From Nitrospirota bacterium (lineage in GTDB: Bacteria > Nitrospirota > Nitrospiria > Nitrospirales > NS-4): DNA of 64,000 bases. The first letter of the stretch is position 1, and every line of letters starts with the position of its first letter. Of the stretch, positions 10,674-22,454 are shown piece after piece. The stretch spans positions 128,001 to 192,000 of the forward strand of contig CAWBGA010000001.1 of NCBI GenBank assembly GCA_963788195.1, written 5' to 3'. Both the position numbers and the translations under genes were made by a program. The notes below the pieces were generated by a model. It had not been told where the DNA came from and searched no databases. It saw only the letters and a program-made list of their open reading frames with translations.

Positions 10674-12017
10674 GTGCTCGCTTTACTCTCTGAAAAGCTG
10701 GAGGGAGTGTTCAAACGATTGCGTGGGCACGGAGTGCTCACCGAGACGAATATTGCCGAGGCATTGAAGGAGATCCGTCTCGCCCTGCTTGAAGCCGACG
10801 TCAACTATAAAATCGTGAAAGATTTTGTCGAGAGCGTCCGGGTGAAAGCGGTTGGTCGCGAAGTCCTTCAGAGCCTGACGCCGGGCCACCAGGTGGTCAA
10901 AGTCGTCTGGGAAGAGTTGTCTGCGCTGATGGGCTCGCATCAGGCCACGCTGACCCTGTCGTCCATGCCGCCGACCATCATCATGATGGTGGGTCTTCAA
11001 GGCGTCGGCAAAACGACCACCAGCGCAAAGTTGGCTCGCTACTTCAAGGAGAGCGGCAAGCGGGTGTTACTCATTGCCGCGGATCCCCGCCGACCGGCTG
11101 CTGCTGAACAATTAGAAACGCTGGGAGAATCTTTGGACGTGCCCGTGCATCGAGCCGAGACCGCAGGCATAGACGCCGTGGGTATCTCGGTGGAGGGCGT
11201 GGAGCGGGCCCGCATGCAGGGGTTTGACGTGGCGATTCTCGACACCGGGGGACGGCTGCATATCGACGACGAGCTGATGAACGAGTTGGTCGCCATTAGA
11301 GCCAAGACCGCGCCGCAAGAGGTCCTCCTGGTCGCGGATGCCATGATGGGTCAGGACGCCGTCACAATGGCCGAGCAGTTCGACCGTAGCGTCGGGCTCA
11401 CGGGCGTCATTTTAACCAAGGTTGAAGGCGACGCGCGCGGCGGGGCCGTCCTTTCGATCAAGGCCGTCACCGGCAAACCCATTAAATTTTTGGGCACTGG
11501 CGAAAAACTCGACGCCCTGGAGGCGTTTCATCCCGAGCGGATGGCATCCCGTATTCTCGGCATGGGTGATGTCCTCTCGCTGATTGAAAAAGCTCAGGGC
11601 GCGATGGATAGGGACCAGGCCGAAACGATGGTCCAAAAATTACGGTCGGACACCTTGACTCTGGAGGATTTCCGCGAGCAACTCAAACAGGTCAATAAGC
11701 TTGGCTCGTTGGAACAGATTTTGGATATGCTCCCGGGCGGGCAGCGCTTGAAGGAGATGACCGGATCGGGAGTTCCGGAAAAGGAGATGCAGCGGGTCGC
11801 CGCAATTATCGATTCGATGACGACTCGCGAGCGGCGGGATCACACGTTGCTAAACGGAAGCCGCAAGAAGCGGATCGCGAAGGGTAGCGGGACCACCGTC
11901 CAGGAGGTGAACCGCCTCCTCAAGCAGTATCTCGAGGCCCGCAAGATGATGAAAGCGCTTTCCGGGCGCGCCGTGCGGAAGTGGTCCGGGAGCGGTAACC
12001 TTTTAGGGAGGAGATAA
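10674..12017 (+). CDS. ffh: Signal recognition particle protein
   Basis: [34 protein letters not shown] and an M domain. Confidence 0.98.
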   Translation: MLALLSEKLEGVFKRLRGHGVLTETNIAEALKEIRLALLEADVNYKIVKDFVESVRVKAVGREVLQSLTPGHQVVKVVWEELSALMGSHQATLTLSSMPPTIIMMVGLQGVGKTTTSAKLARYFKESGKRVLLIAADPRRPAAAEQLETLGESLDVPVHRAETAGIDAVGISVEGVERARMQGFDVAILDTGGRLHIDDELMNELVAIRAKTAPQEVLLVADAMMGQDAVTMAEQFDRSVGLTGVILTKVEGDARGGAVLSIKAVTGKPIKFLGTGEKLDALEAFHPERMASRILGMGDVLSLIEKAQGAMDRDQAETMVQKLRSDTLTLEDFREQLKQVNKLGSLEQILDMLPGGQRLKEMTGSGVPEKEMQRVAAIIDSMTTRERRDHTLLNGSRKKRIAKGSGTTVQEVNRLLKQYLEARKMMKALSGRAVRKWSGSGNLLGRR

Positions 12018-12022
12018 ACCCC

Positions 12023-12293
12023 GTGGTGCGATTGAGACTGACCAGAGGCGGCCGACACAAACGCCCCTTCTATCGGATTGTGGCCGCGGATTCCAGAATG
12101 CCAAGAGATGGCCGGTACCTCGAGGTTCTCGGCACCTATGATCCGCTCAAGACGCCGGCCGCAGTCACCATGAAGCAGGACCGCGTCATGGCATGGCTGA
12201 AGCAGGGCGCGCAACCGTCGGTGACGGTGCAACATCTGCTGAAAAAGACGCGGCATGCTCAAGCCGATCAAAGAGGCTCCGATCGAGGGGTAA
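12023..12293 (+). CDS. rpsP: 30S ribosomal protein S16 (as written runs to 12355; probable extra base near 12250)
   Basis: [31 protein letters not shown]. Removing one base gives ...[18 protein letters not shown] (89 aa, typical size). Confidence 0.93.
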
Positions 12294-12469
12294 AGAAATC
12301 TGTCCCACGGGAAAAGGCGCTGTCTTGGCAGCGCCGGGGTGGGCGGGTGAAATGAGATTTCAGGGCACGGGACAAGAGGCTGCTTCAGGCTCGGGGTAGG
12401 GTGGGTGTAATGCCGGGTGCCAGGGTTGATACGGTAGCGTTGGTTATCGACGGCAACGGAAGTGAATCG

Positions 12470-13027
12470 ATGCTCACGGAGCATGTAAAGCCAGCAGACA
12501 CCGATATCGGCGATGTGCCGATGGTGGCTATTGGGAAGATCATGGGAACGCACGGCGTGGAGGGGGAAGTCAAAGTCACCTCGTATTCGGATGTGCCCGG
12601 TCGTTTCGAGGGACTGAAACAGGTGCAGGTGCACGTTTCGTCGGGAGTGAGGACACTCTCGGTTCTGTCGGCTCGTCGGAGCGTCCAGGGGTACCTCTTG
12701 CGTTTCGCATCGATTGAGACGCCGGAAGCCGCAAGGCCGATCATCGGGGGGATTCTGCAGATACCTGAAGAGCGTTTAGCGCCACCGTCGGACGATCGAT
12801 ACTATGAATACCAACTGCTGGGCATGGACGTTCAGACTGAAGAGGGCGCGAAGCTGGGAGTCATCAAAGAAATCCTGACCACAACCGGTAACGCCGTCTT
12901 TGTCGTGGAAAATTCTGAGGGGGCAGAACAGTTGATTCCGGCCACAAAGGAAATCGTGCGGTCGGTCGATGTCGAGACCCGCACGATGCTGGTGCGACAA
13001 GTGGCCGGCTTGTTGGACGCGGACTGA
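12470..13027 (+). CDS. rimM: Ribosome maturation factor RimM
   Basis: IGKIMGTHGVEGEVKV, YYEYQLLG and LIPA motifs, located between rpsP and trmD. Confidence 0.93.
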   Translation: MLTEHVKPADTDIGDVPMVAIGKIMGTHGVEGEVKVTSYSDVPGRFEGLKQVQVHVSSGVRTLSVLSARRSVQGYLLRFASIETPEAARPIIGGILQIPEERLAPPSDDRYYEYQLLGMDVQTEEGAKLGVIKEILTTTGNAVFVVENSEGAEQLIPATKEIVRSVDVETRTMLVRQVAGLLDAD

Positions 13028-13767
13028 TGCGCTGCGATGTTCTGACATTATTCCCCGAGATGCTGTCCGGGGTGCTTGACGCAAGTATCTTGAAGCGCGC
13101 CCGCGACAAGGGACTCGTCACCATCCGGGTGGTCAACCTCCGTGACTACACCGAAGGCCGGCACAAGGTCGCCGATGATTCACCCTACGGCGGCGGGGCG
13201 GGCATGGTGCTGAAGCCAGAGCCTGTTTTTCGCGCCGTAGATGCAATCCGCGCAAACGGAGAGGAACTGAGGATCATGTTGATGTCCCCCCAGGGACGAC
13301 GGTTCACCCAGGACATGGCGCAGGAGTTGGCCGATGAATCACGCCGGCTGATCTTTCTCTGCGGGCACTATGAAGGAATTGACGAACGGGTTCGGCTGGG
13401 GCTTCGTCCTGAGGAAGTGTCTGTCGGGGATTTTGTATTGACAGGCGGTGAGCTCCCGGCGCTCATCATGCTCGACGCGGCGGCGCGGTTGATTCCGGGG
13501 GTTCTCGGGGACGCAACCTCCGCCCAAGCCGATTCGTTCACGGGATCATTGCTGGATTACCCACATTATACGAGACCGTCCGAGTTCCGGGGCTTGGAAG
13601 TGCCGGAAGTGCTCCTGTCCGGCAATCATCAGGCGATCGAGGGGTGGCGGCGCGCGGAGGCATTGCGGAATACCTTTTCGAAACGTCCCGATTTGCTGGA
13701 GCGCGCCACGCTGACGCTTGAGGATCAGCGAATTTTGGATGAGTTCTCACGCCGCGGCGCTGTCTGA
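13027..13767 (+). CDS. trmD: tRNA (guanine-N1)-methyltransferase
   Basis: [36 protein letters not shown] and YTRP. Confidence 0.98.
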   Translation: MRCDVLTLFPEMLSGVLDASILKRARDKGLVTIRVVNLRDYTEGRHKVADDSPYGGGAGMVLKPEPVFRAVDAIRANGEELRIMLMSPQGRRFTQDMAQELADESRRLIFLCGHYEGIDERVRLGLRPEEVSVGDFVLTGGELPALIMLDAAARLIPGVLGDATSAQADSFTGSLLDYPHYTRPSEFRGLEVPEVLLSGNHQAIEGWRRAEALRNTFSKRPDLLERATLTLEDQRILDEFSRRGAV

Positions 13768-13801
13768 CGGACGAGCGGAACGAAGAGAGGAGACTGCAGT
13801 C

Positions 13802-14218
13802 ATGAATCGGCTCGAGCGACTCCAAACGACGATGGTGAAAAAGAATGCTCCCGTCTTCGAGGTCGGTGATACCGTGCGTGTTCATGTCAAGGTCATGGAG
13901 GGCGAGAAGGAACGGATTCAAGTCTATGAAGGAGCGGTCATTGCCAGGAAGGGCGGGCGCAACGCCGAGACCTTCACGGTGCGGAAGTCGTCATTTGGCA
14001 TCTGGGTTGAACGGATCTTTCCGATCCATTCTCCTGTCGTCGACCGCATTGATGTGGTCCGCCAAGGCCGCGTTCGCCGCGCGAAGCTGTACTATCTGAG
14101 AACGAAGAAGGGCAAGATGGCGCGCGTCGCCGAGCGCGAGTATCTCGCCGAGGGCAAGACAAAACAGGACGCCGCTCCTGTGGCCACAACTGCGGAAGAA
14201 GTGCCGGCCGGGGCGTAA
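13802..14218 (+). CDS. rplS: 50S ribosomal protein L19
   Basis: [18 protein letters not shown] and [18 protein letters not shown] precedes ATG 13802. Confidence 0.97.
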   Translation: MNRLERLQTTMVKKNAPVFEVGDTVRVHVKVMEGEKERIQVYEGAVIARKGGRNAETFTVRKSSFGIWVERIFPIHSPVVDRIDVVRQGRVRRAKLYYLRTKKGKMARVAEREYLAEGKTKQDAAPVATTAEEVPAGA

Positions 14219-14229
14219 CCTTTACGCCC

Positions 14230-14850
14230 GTGCCGCTGACGCCGGACGAGATTTTCGAGTGCGAGGCATGGGCCCGGGGGTTCCGGCGTATCGCCGGCCT
14301 GGATGAGGTCGGTTGCGGGCCGCTCGCCGGCCCGGTCGTTGCCGCCGCCGTCATCCTTCCCCGCCGGTGTCGCGCGCTGATCGGGCTTCGTGATTCGAAA
14401 CGATTGAGTGAAAAGCAACGGGAAATTTTTTATGAACTGATCAGGGACGTGGCGTTTGGCTTTGGCGTGGGAATCGTGGACGCCAAGATCATTGATGCGG
14501 TGAATATTCGGCAGGCCGCTCGACGTGCGATGGAACAAGCCCTGCGCCAGCTTTCTCCCCCGCCCGATTTCCTCATCCTCGATGCTATCCGGCTCCCCAA
14601 CGTCACGATCGAGCAGCGGATGGTCATTAAGGGCGATGGATTGTGCATGTCCATTGCTGCCGCCTCGGTTCTTGCGAAAGTCACGCGTGATCGCCTGATG
14701 GTCGAAGCGCATCGAAGATTTCCCGAATATGGATTTCAGGCGCATAAAGGTTATGGAACGGCGGAGCACTTGCGTTGCCTCCGGCGATACGGCCCTTGCG
14801 TCCTGCATCGTCGTAGTTTTCAGCCCATCCGGAAAGCCTTGGGGCGGTGA
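14230..14850 (+). CDS. rnhB: Ribonuclease HII
   Basis: GLDEVG.GPLAGPVV, DSK, SIAAASVLAKVTRD and HKGYGT. Confidence 0.97.
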   Translation: MPLTPDEIFECEAWARGFRRIAGLDEVGCGPLAGPVVAAAVILPRRCRALIGLRDSKRLSEKQREIFYELIRDVAFGFGVGIVDAKIIDAVNIRQAARRAMEQALRQLSPPPDFLILDAIRLPNVTIEQRMVIKGDGLCMSIAAASVLAKVTRDRLMVEAHRRFPEYGFQAHKGYGTAEHLRCLRRYGPCVLHRRSFQPIRKALGR

Positions 14851-15239
14851 GCGCCAAACTTCAGCGCGGTGGTGAAGGCGAGCGTGCCGCCGCAAAATTT
14901 TTGGAACGCCGGGGATACCGGATCTTGGCTTCCAATTATCGCACCCGTCTCGGCGAGATCGATCTCATTGCCGAGGACCGGGGGACCCTGGTGTTTATCG
15001 AAGTCAAAGTGAGAGGGACTGATCGCTTTGGAGGCCCGGCTATGGCTATCACCCTGGCAAAGCAGGCCCGCATCGCGCGTTTGGCGCAGCAGTTTCTGGC
15101 GGCCCGCCGCCTGGAAGAGCGACCGTGTCGCTTTGACGCCGTTCTTATCTCAGGTGATGATCCGAACAGCCAGCGCATTGAACTCGTGACGGGCGCTTTT
15201 GAGGTCCCAATGTCCTTGGGTTACCGTGCCCCTTCATGA
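14847..15239 (+). CDS. yraN: YraN (UPF0102) family endonuclease-like protein
   Basis: GE..AA.FL...GY.I...N.R...GEIDLI, VFIEVK and CRFD. Follows rnhB. Confidence 0.92.
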   Translation: MSAKLQRGGEGERAAAKFLERRGYRILASNYRTRLGEIDLIAEDRGTLVFIEVKVRGTDRFGGPAMAITLAKQARIARLAQQFLAARRLEERPCRFDAVLISGDDPNSQRIELVTGAFEVPMSLGYRAPS

Positions 15240-15904
15240 TAGAGCTCTATCATGTCTCCAAGAGCTTTCAAGGTCGTCCGGCCCTCCAGGATGTTACCCT
15301 GACGATTGGGAAAGGGGAATTTGTGTATCTCAGCGGTGCGAGTGGTGCGGGGAAGACGACTCTCTTGCGGATGATCTTTCGGGCGGAGAGGCCTGATGAG
15401 GGCCACATCTTGGTGAACAATCGAAACCTCACGGAGCTCAAGGAGAGCGCGGTGCCATACCTGCGCCGATCCATGGGCATCATCTTTCAAGACTTCCGCC
15501 TGCTGCAGAGAAAGACGGTTTTTGACAATGTCGCTGTTACACTGAAAGTCGTCGGTCTCTCAGAGGGATTGCTCAGGCGCAAAGTTTTTGAAGCGCTGCG
15601 GCTCGTCGGCCTCGATGACGTCCCCAAAGCCTTGCCATCGGCATTGTCCGCCGGCGAGCAGCAACGCGTCTGTTTGGCGCGGGCCATTGTGAACGATCCG
15701 CTGATCCTCTTGGCGGATGAGCCCACAAGTAATTTGGACGCCGTCTTGTCCGCGGAGATTCTGAACTTGCTGAAGGCGGTGAACCTTCGAGGGACGACCG
15801 TAGTCGTCGCGACCCACAATCCAAATCTCGTCGGACGCCTCAACCGGCGCATGATTGTGTTGCAGCACGGGCGAGTGATGGAAAGCAAGGCGGCGGAAGC
15901 ATGA
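15236..15904 (+). CDS. ftsE: Cell division ATP-binding protein FtsE
   Basis: GASGAGKTT, FQDFRLL, LSAGEQQR and LLADEPT. Precedes ftsX. Confidence 0.93.
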   Translation: MIELYHVSKSFQGRPALQDVTLTIGKGEFVYLSGASGAGKTTLLRMIFRAERPDEGHILVNNRNLTELKESAVPYLRRSMGIIFQDFRLLQRKTVFDNVAVTLKVVGLSEGLLRRKVFEALRLVGLDDVPKALPSALSAGEQQRVCLARAIVNDPLILLADEPTSNLDAVLSAEILNLLKAVNLRGTTVVVATHNPNLVGRLNRRMIVLQHGRVMESKAAEA

Positions 15905-16800
15905 CGAAAGTTCGCTATCTCCTGAGCGAAGCGTTCGACAATATGAGGGCGAACCGCACGACGACCGTGACGGCGGTCGTGACGACTGCTTTTACCATGC
16001 TTGGCATGGGGGTGTTCCTGCTGCTTTACCTGAATATACAAAGCGTGCTTGGCTCGCTACGCGAAGAAATTAAGGTAATCGTTTATTTTCGGGATTCAGC
16101 CTCACCTTCAGCGATGGCTGAGCTCAGCGCGAAGCTTCGCGAGGATCCCGCGGTGTCGGGGGTGGAGTTTGTGTCACGCGAGCACGCGCTTGCTGCGTTT
16201 CGCAGCCGCTTCCCTTCCGAGGATCGATTATTGAACGGCCTGGGGGAAAACCCGTTTCCTGCCTCGCTGGTCCTGAAGATCGGTCCGCGTTTTAGAACTT
16301 CTCAAGGGGTCGCCGATCTGGTTTCCAAGCTGCAAGCTCTTCCTGAGGTCGAAGAGGTGCTCTATAATCGGGACTTAATGGAAAATCTCATCGCTGGATT
16401 ACGGTATCTGCGTCTACTGGGAATCCTCGTCGGCGCCGTGCTGGCGGCATCGATGGTGACAATTTTAGCCAATAGCATCCGGCTCACCCTGTATGCTAGG
16501 CGTGATGACATTGAGATTCTCCGGCTCATCGGGGCGACGCCGGGATTCATAAAGACACCGTTTCTGTTAGAAGGAGCGCTCTTGGGTGGAGTAGGTGCGG
16601 CATGTTCCCTGCTCCTGCTGCGCGCGGTATTCGGCTTTGCTGAGACGAAGATGGCGCTCCAGGGAAGCTTCTGGGGGCTCGGCGCCCGTCTCTCCTTCTT
16701 GCCCGGCCGGTTACTGGGCGCAATGGTGATTCTCGGGATCATGCTCGGTTTTCTCGGAAGCATTGTCTCCCTGGGCCAGATTCGTGATGTGCGGCGCTGA
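15901..16800 (+). CDS. ftsX: Cell division permease FtsX
   Basis: TM, periplasmic domain with ENPFP, and NSIRLTLYARR..I..LRLIGAT..FI..PFLLEG. Confidence 0.93.
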   Translation: MTKVRYLLSEAFDNMRANRTTTVTAVVTTAFTMLGMGVFLLLYLNIQSVLGSLREEIKVIVYFRDSASPSAMAELSAKLREDPAVSGVEFVSREHALAAFRSRFPSEDRLLNGLGENPFPASLVLKIGPRFRTSQGVADLVSKLQALPEVEEVLYNRDLMENLIAGLRYLRLLGILVGAVLAASMVTILANSIRLTLYARRDDIEILRLIGATPGFIKTPFLLEGALLGGVGAACSLLLLRAVFGFAETKMALQGSFWGLGARLSFLPGRLLGAMVILGIMLGFLGSIVSLGQIRDVRR

Positions 16801-17978
16801 TGCCGACCATCGCAGGGTTGCTGCTGGCTTTACTGGTTGCGCTACCGGGCGCGGTATTGGGGGCCGACAATCTCTCTGAGAAGATCAAGAAGGAACAGCA
16901 GAGCCTCGAGAAGCTCAAGGGAGAGATAAAGGAAAACAAGCGCCGGACGGGCGAAGCCCAACGCAAAGAGGCCTCCGTTTTGCAGTCTATCGAAGATGTG
17001 GATCAGCAACTGAAGCGGCGACGAGAAGAACTGGCCAAGGTCACGACGAAACTTAAGCAGAAAGATCACGAACTCGATTCAACGAGCAGCGCTCTCTCGC
17101 GGGTGCGCAGCAGGATCGAAGAGAGGCAGGAGTCGATTCGTAGCCGGTTACGCGTGATGTATAAGACGGGTCCCGGCACAGACATGAGGCTGCTACTCGG
17201 ATCCCGTGACAGCCAAGATCTTATTTCCCGCCTTGCCATGCTGCGCTGGATCTCCCGGCGGGAATACGTGATGCTGGAAGGATATCGCGGGGATCTCGGC
17301 CAACTGGAATCGACGAACGCCAGGCTTCGGCAAATGCGGCAGGACTTGCTCTCCTTTCGGGAGCAAACAGCCGAGAAGGTGGCGGCGGTGCACGAGGAGC
17401 GAACGAAGAAGGACCATCTGCTGGCGCGTGTGCGAAGTGAAAAAGTGTTGCATGAAAAGGTGGTCCTTGAGCTTGAGAAGTCGGCGCAACGCCTTGAAAC
17501 GCTGCTCAAGGAATTTGAGTCCAGGCGAAAGGCCGCGGCAGCCTTCCGGCCGGACTCAGTTGGAGCAGGCCTGTCGCGTTTCAAAGGCCAGCTTGGGTGG
17601 CCAAGTGACGGCGATGTTGTGTCGCTGTTCGGGCGGCAAAAACATCCCAAGTTTGAGACGTACGTGCAGCGCAAGGGGATCGAGATTCGAGCCGCGCAGG
17701 GTGGGGTGATTCGGTCGGTGTCCGATGGGGTCGTCGCCTTTGCCGATTGGATGCGCGGTTATGGACTGTTGGCGATCATCGATCATGGTGAAGGTTATTT
17801 CACGCTGTATGCACACGCATCCAAGCTGCTTGTCGGCGTCGGAGATGCGGTACGTGGCAATCAGCCCATCGGGGAAATCGGCGATACCGGGCTGACCGGC
17901 CAGAGCACGTTGTATTTTGAGTTGCGCCAAGGCGGAGAAGCTCTGGATCCGCTGGGCTGGTTAGCGAAACGGCGGTAA
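16800..17978 (+). CDS. envC: Murein hydrolase activator EnvC
   Basis: Signal peptide, long coiled coil and a degenerate M23 domain (KGIEI, LYFELR). Follows ftsEX. Confidence 0.88.
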   Translation: MPTIAGLLLALLVALPGAVLGADNLSEKIKKEQQSLEKLKGEIKENKRRTGEAQRKEASVLQSIEDVDQQLKRRREELAKVTTKLKQKDHELDSTSSALSRVRSRIEERQESIRSRLRVMYKTGPGTDMRLLLGSRDSQDLISRLAMLRWISRREYVMLEGYRGDLGQLESTNARLRQMRQDLLSFREQTAEKVAAVHEERTKKDHLLARVRSEKVLHEKVVLELEKSAQRLETLLKEFESRRKAAAAFRPDSVGAGLSRFKGQLGWPSDGDVVSLFGRQKHPKFETYVQRKGIEIRAAQGGVIRSVSDGVVAFADWMRGYGLLAIIDHGEGYFTLYAHASKLLVGVGDAVRGNQPIGEIGDTGLTGQSTLYFELRQGGEALDPLGWLAKRR

Positions 17979-17992
17979 GGGAAAAGGAGCAT

Positions 17993-19384
17993 GTGATGGA
18001 AGGCAAGGCAACAAAACTGAAAATGGGTCTCGTCATCGTCTTTGCTGTCACATTGGTGACGGGAGTCCTCATCGGTAAAGGATGGGACCGCGCCGTGATG
18101 GCCACGGAGGTCTATGAAGAGCTGAAGACCTTCAGCGAGGTGTTGGACCACGTCAAGAAGCATTACGTCGAAGACGTCAAAACCAAGGATCTCGTCTATG
18201 GAGCGGTTCGAGGAATGCTGGCCACCCTCGATCCCCATTCCGCCTTTATGCCGCCCGATGTGTATAAAGAGGTGCAGGTTGAGACGAAGGGCGAATTCGG
18301 CGGCGTCGGCATACAAATTGGAATGAAAGAGAGCCGGTTGACTGTCATCGCTCCTATCGACGGCACTCCTGCGGAGCGAGCGGGCGTCAAGCCTTCGGAT
18401 GTGATTCTGAAGGTCAATAACGACACCACGAAAGACATGACGCTCATGGACGCCGTGCAGAAGATGCGAGGCGCGAAGGGGACCAAAGTGACACTGACGA
18501 TACAACGGGAAGGAGTTCCTGAGCCTCTCGTGTTTGTGCTGACCCGTGAGATCATAAAGATTGAGAGCGTGAAATCCAAAATGCTCGAGGGCAATATCGG
18601 ATACGTCCGCCTGACACAATTCCAGGATCAGACTGCCAGAGACATGAGCGGCGCGCTTAAGAAGCTGCAGGAACAGAAGATGCAGTCGCTGATTCTAGAT
18701 CTCCGCAACAACCCCGGCGGGCTGCTCACATCCGCTATTGACGTGTCCGAGCAGTTTGTCGGGATGAACAGGCTCATCGTGTACATCAAAACCCGGGATG
18801 GACGAAAGGATGAATACCCGTCCCACATCAAGGACCAACCTGCAGACTACCCCATGATAATCCTCGTGAATGAAGGCAGCGCAAGCGCGTCCGAGATTGT
18901 CGCGGGCGCGCTACAAGATTGGGGGCGGGCCGTCGTAGTCGGCGTTCAAACCTTCGGGAAAGGGTCCGTTCAAACAATCCTGCCACTGGGCGACGGTTCA
19001 GGGCTGCGTCTCACGACCGCGAAATACTACACTCCGAAGGGCCGCAGCATTCATGGCGTCGGAATCTCGCCGGATATTGTCGTGAAGGGTAAACCGACCA
19101 CGACGGCTCCGATCCGCGAGCGGGATCTCGACAAGACTCTTCGTGACCCAAACAAAGAGGAACCACTGATGCTGCCGCCTCCTATCGTCGAGCCGCCGCC
19201 AGTCAAACCTGAGTCCAAGGATGGTAAAAAGGATCGAGACGCCAAGGCGAAAGATAAGGACGGTAAGGAAGTGGAGGAAGATGATCCACAATTGCAAAAG
19301 GCCCTGGACTTGCTGAAATCTTGGATTATTTTCAAGGAGTTGCGGCCCAACCCACGGGACACGCATGTGGAAAAAACCATGTAA
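17993..19384 (+). CDS. ctpA: Carboxy-terminal processing protease (S41)
   Basis: LDPHS, PDZ domain, DLRNNPGG, SASASEIV and TFGKGSVQ. Confidence 0.93.
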   Translation: MMEGKATKLKMGLVIVFAVTLVTGVLIGKGWDRAVMATEVYEELKTFSEVLDHVKKHYVEDVKTKDLVYGAVRGMLATLDPHSAFMPPDVYKEVQVETKGEFGGVGIQIGMKESRLTVIAPIDGTPAERAGVKPSDVILKVNNDTTKDMTLMDAVQKMRGAKGTKVTLTIQREGVPEPLVFVLTREIIKIESVKSKMLEGNIGYVRLTQFQDQTARDMSGALKKLQEQKMQSLILDLRNNPGGLLTSAIDVSEQFVGMNRLIVYIKTRDGRKDEYPSHIKDQPADYPMIILVNEGSASASEIVAGALQDWGRAVVVGVQTFGKGSVQTILPLGDGSGLRLTTAKYYTPKGRSIHGVGISPDIVVKGKPTTTAPIRERDLDKTLRDPNKEEPLMLPPPIVEPPPVKPESKDGKKDRDAKAKDKDGKEVEEDDPQLQKALDLLKSWIIFKELRPNPRDTHVEKTM

Positions 19385-19404
19385 AAAAACCCCTTCGGGG
19401 GGTT
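19383..19404. terminator. Hairpin right after ctpA
   Basis: A7 tract then AACCCC-TTCGG-GGGGTT stem-loop. The U-tract is on the minus strand. Confidence 0.35.
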
Positions 19405-19511
19405 GATTTCGAACGGAACCGATTTATTCATCTAAAGGACTCTTGCACGGAGGACACGTATCCCCCGCTAAAGGGTTACAACTATACAACGTCAAGGGAG
19501 GGATGAGCATT

Positions 19512-19808
19512 ATGGCAGTGCAAACAGCCGAGAAAAAAGCAGCCGTCGGATTTAAGCCTCTGAAAGATCGCTGCTTCGTGAGTTATACCGAAGAGATGGA
19601 ACGGACAGCGGGAGGGATTTATATCCCGGATGCAGCCAAGGAAAAGCCCCAGAGAGGCAAGATCGAAGCAATCGGGGGTGATGTGAAAGCCGTGAATGTC
19701 GGCGATATTGTCCTCTTCGATAAATATTCGGGCAGCAAGATTAATGTCGAAGGGACCGATTATCTGATTATCAAAGAGGAAGACATCCTGGGCATCTTCG
19801 ACAAATAG
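19512..19808 (+). CDS. groES: Co-chaperonin GroES
   Basis: KPLKDR, TAGGIYIPDAAKEKPQRG, KYSG and EEDILG. SD GGGAGG. Confidence 0.97.
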   Translation: MAVQTAEKKAAVGFKPLKDRCFVSYTEEMERTAGGIYIPDAAKEKPQRGKIEAIGGDVKAVNVGDIVLFDKYSGSKINVEGTDYLIIKEEDILGIFDK

Positions 19809-19878
19809 ACTCCCGAATCCCGCCAGTCGGGCGGCACGGTTCATCCAGGCTAATTACAGTTATCTAAAAGGTTTCTAA

Positions 19879-21540
<1,662 letters not shown>

Positions 21541-21558
21541 GAAGTCCGGCTGTAGGAG

Positions 21559-21596
21559 AAAAGGCCCTCGGGGAGTCCCCGGGGGCCTTTTTTTTT
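21559..21596 (+). terminator. Rho-independent (probably bidirectional) terminator
   Basis: AAAAGGCCCTCGGGG-AGT-CCCCGGGGGCCTTTTTTTTT between convergent genes. Confidence 0.9.
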
Positions 21597-21599
21597 GGA

Positions 21600-21836
21600 C
21601 TACTTGGCGATGACGATGGCCGTCGTCGTCTTGGTGACGCCGTCCACCGATCGGATCTGCGACAACAAGAGGTCGCTCAGCGCCTCCAGGCTCTCGGCTT
21701 CGACATGAACCAGAATGTCATAACTTCCACTGACCATATAGCAGGCCTGGACCCCAGCCATACGCTGGATTGTCTTGTAGGCGCTTTTCGTATGGTCGCC
21801 GGTCACTTCAATTGAAATAAACGCTGCAACGGGCAT
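21600..21836 (-). CDS. Lrp/AsnC ligand-binding (RAM) domain-only protein
   Basis: 78 aa, AFISI...GV..CYMVSGSYDILV...IRSVDGV.KTTT. No HTH. Confidence 0.85.
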   Translation of the reverse strand: MPVAAFISIEVTGDHTKSAYKTIQRMAGVQACYMVSGSYDILVHVEAESLEALSDLLLSQIRSVDGVTKTTTAIVIAK

Positions 21837-21876
21837 GTCTTAACTCCAGTTCAAGGAAACAAGCAGGGCAGTTTCG

Positions 21877-22347
21877 TCATGTTCCAGAACATGCGCGGAG
21901 GCGCGCGATACCATCAAGAATCTCCTCATCGGCAGCGGTAACTCCCGGCAGCGTCCGCAAGAGTCGGGACCGCACGAGTGCCTCCAAGTCATCAAGGGTG
22001 CGAATCTGAAGCCGGTCATGGAGATAGCGCAGGATGGGGTGGCTGAGGCCCGGTAGTGAGGCCCAGGTGGCGATGTCGGCTGGTAGGGAGTCCGGCGACT
22101 TTTCCAGGTCCATCCTGCCGTACTCGCAGTAGGCAGTGATCCTTTGCGCGAGGTCGGAGCCGATTCCCTTGATCCGAATAAGCTCTCCCCTCCGCGCCAC
22201 AACCGCGGCTTCCTCCGGCAGCACCGCAATGGCCTCAGCTGCGCGCAGATAGGCCCGAATGCGAAAAGGATTGGCCTGCAGTCGGTCAAGCTCGTTCGCC
22301 ATACGACGAAGTTCAGAAGCAATCGCCTGATTGCTCGGCTGTCCCAC
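21877..22347 (-). CDS. Helix-hairpin-helix protein resembling the N-terminus of family X DNA polymerase
   Basis: N..IA..L..MA......ANPFRIRAY..AA, IKGIG and LPGL...L...L.I.TLDDLE. No palm or PHP domain. Confidence 0.8.
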   Translation of the reverse strand: MGQPSNQAIASELRRMANELDRLQANPFRIRAYLRAAEAIAVLPEEAAVVARRGELIRIKGIGSDLAQRITAYCEYGRMDLEKSPDSLPADIATWASLPGLSHPILRYLHDRLQIRTLDDLEALVRSRLLRTLPGVTAADEEILDGIARLRACSGT

Positions 22348-22454
22348 ACCTGATTATAGGCCAAGACGAGTTGTTCGCGCCAAGCGCAATAATGCAGTGC
22401 CGATATCCACCGCATTGACACGGTTTCGCGACCATATGGTAAGATGCCTTAGTA

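Noticed and set aside
12250..12355. Unusual basic C-terminal extension of S16
   Set aside because: A one-base correction gives a normal-length S16 ending at 12293.
2732..12469. Absence of acpS after pdxJ and of khpA after rpsP
   Set aside because: These neighbours vary widely between lineages and may lie elsewhere in the genome.
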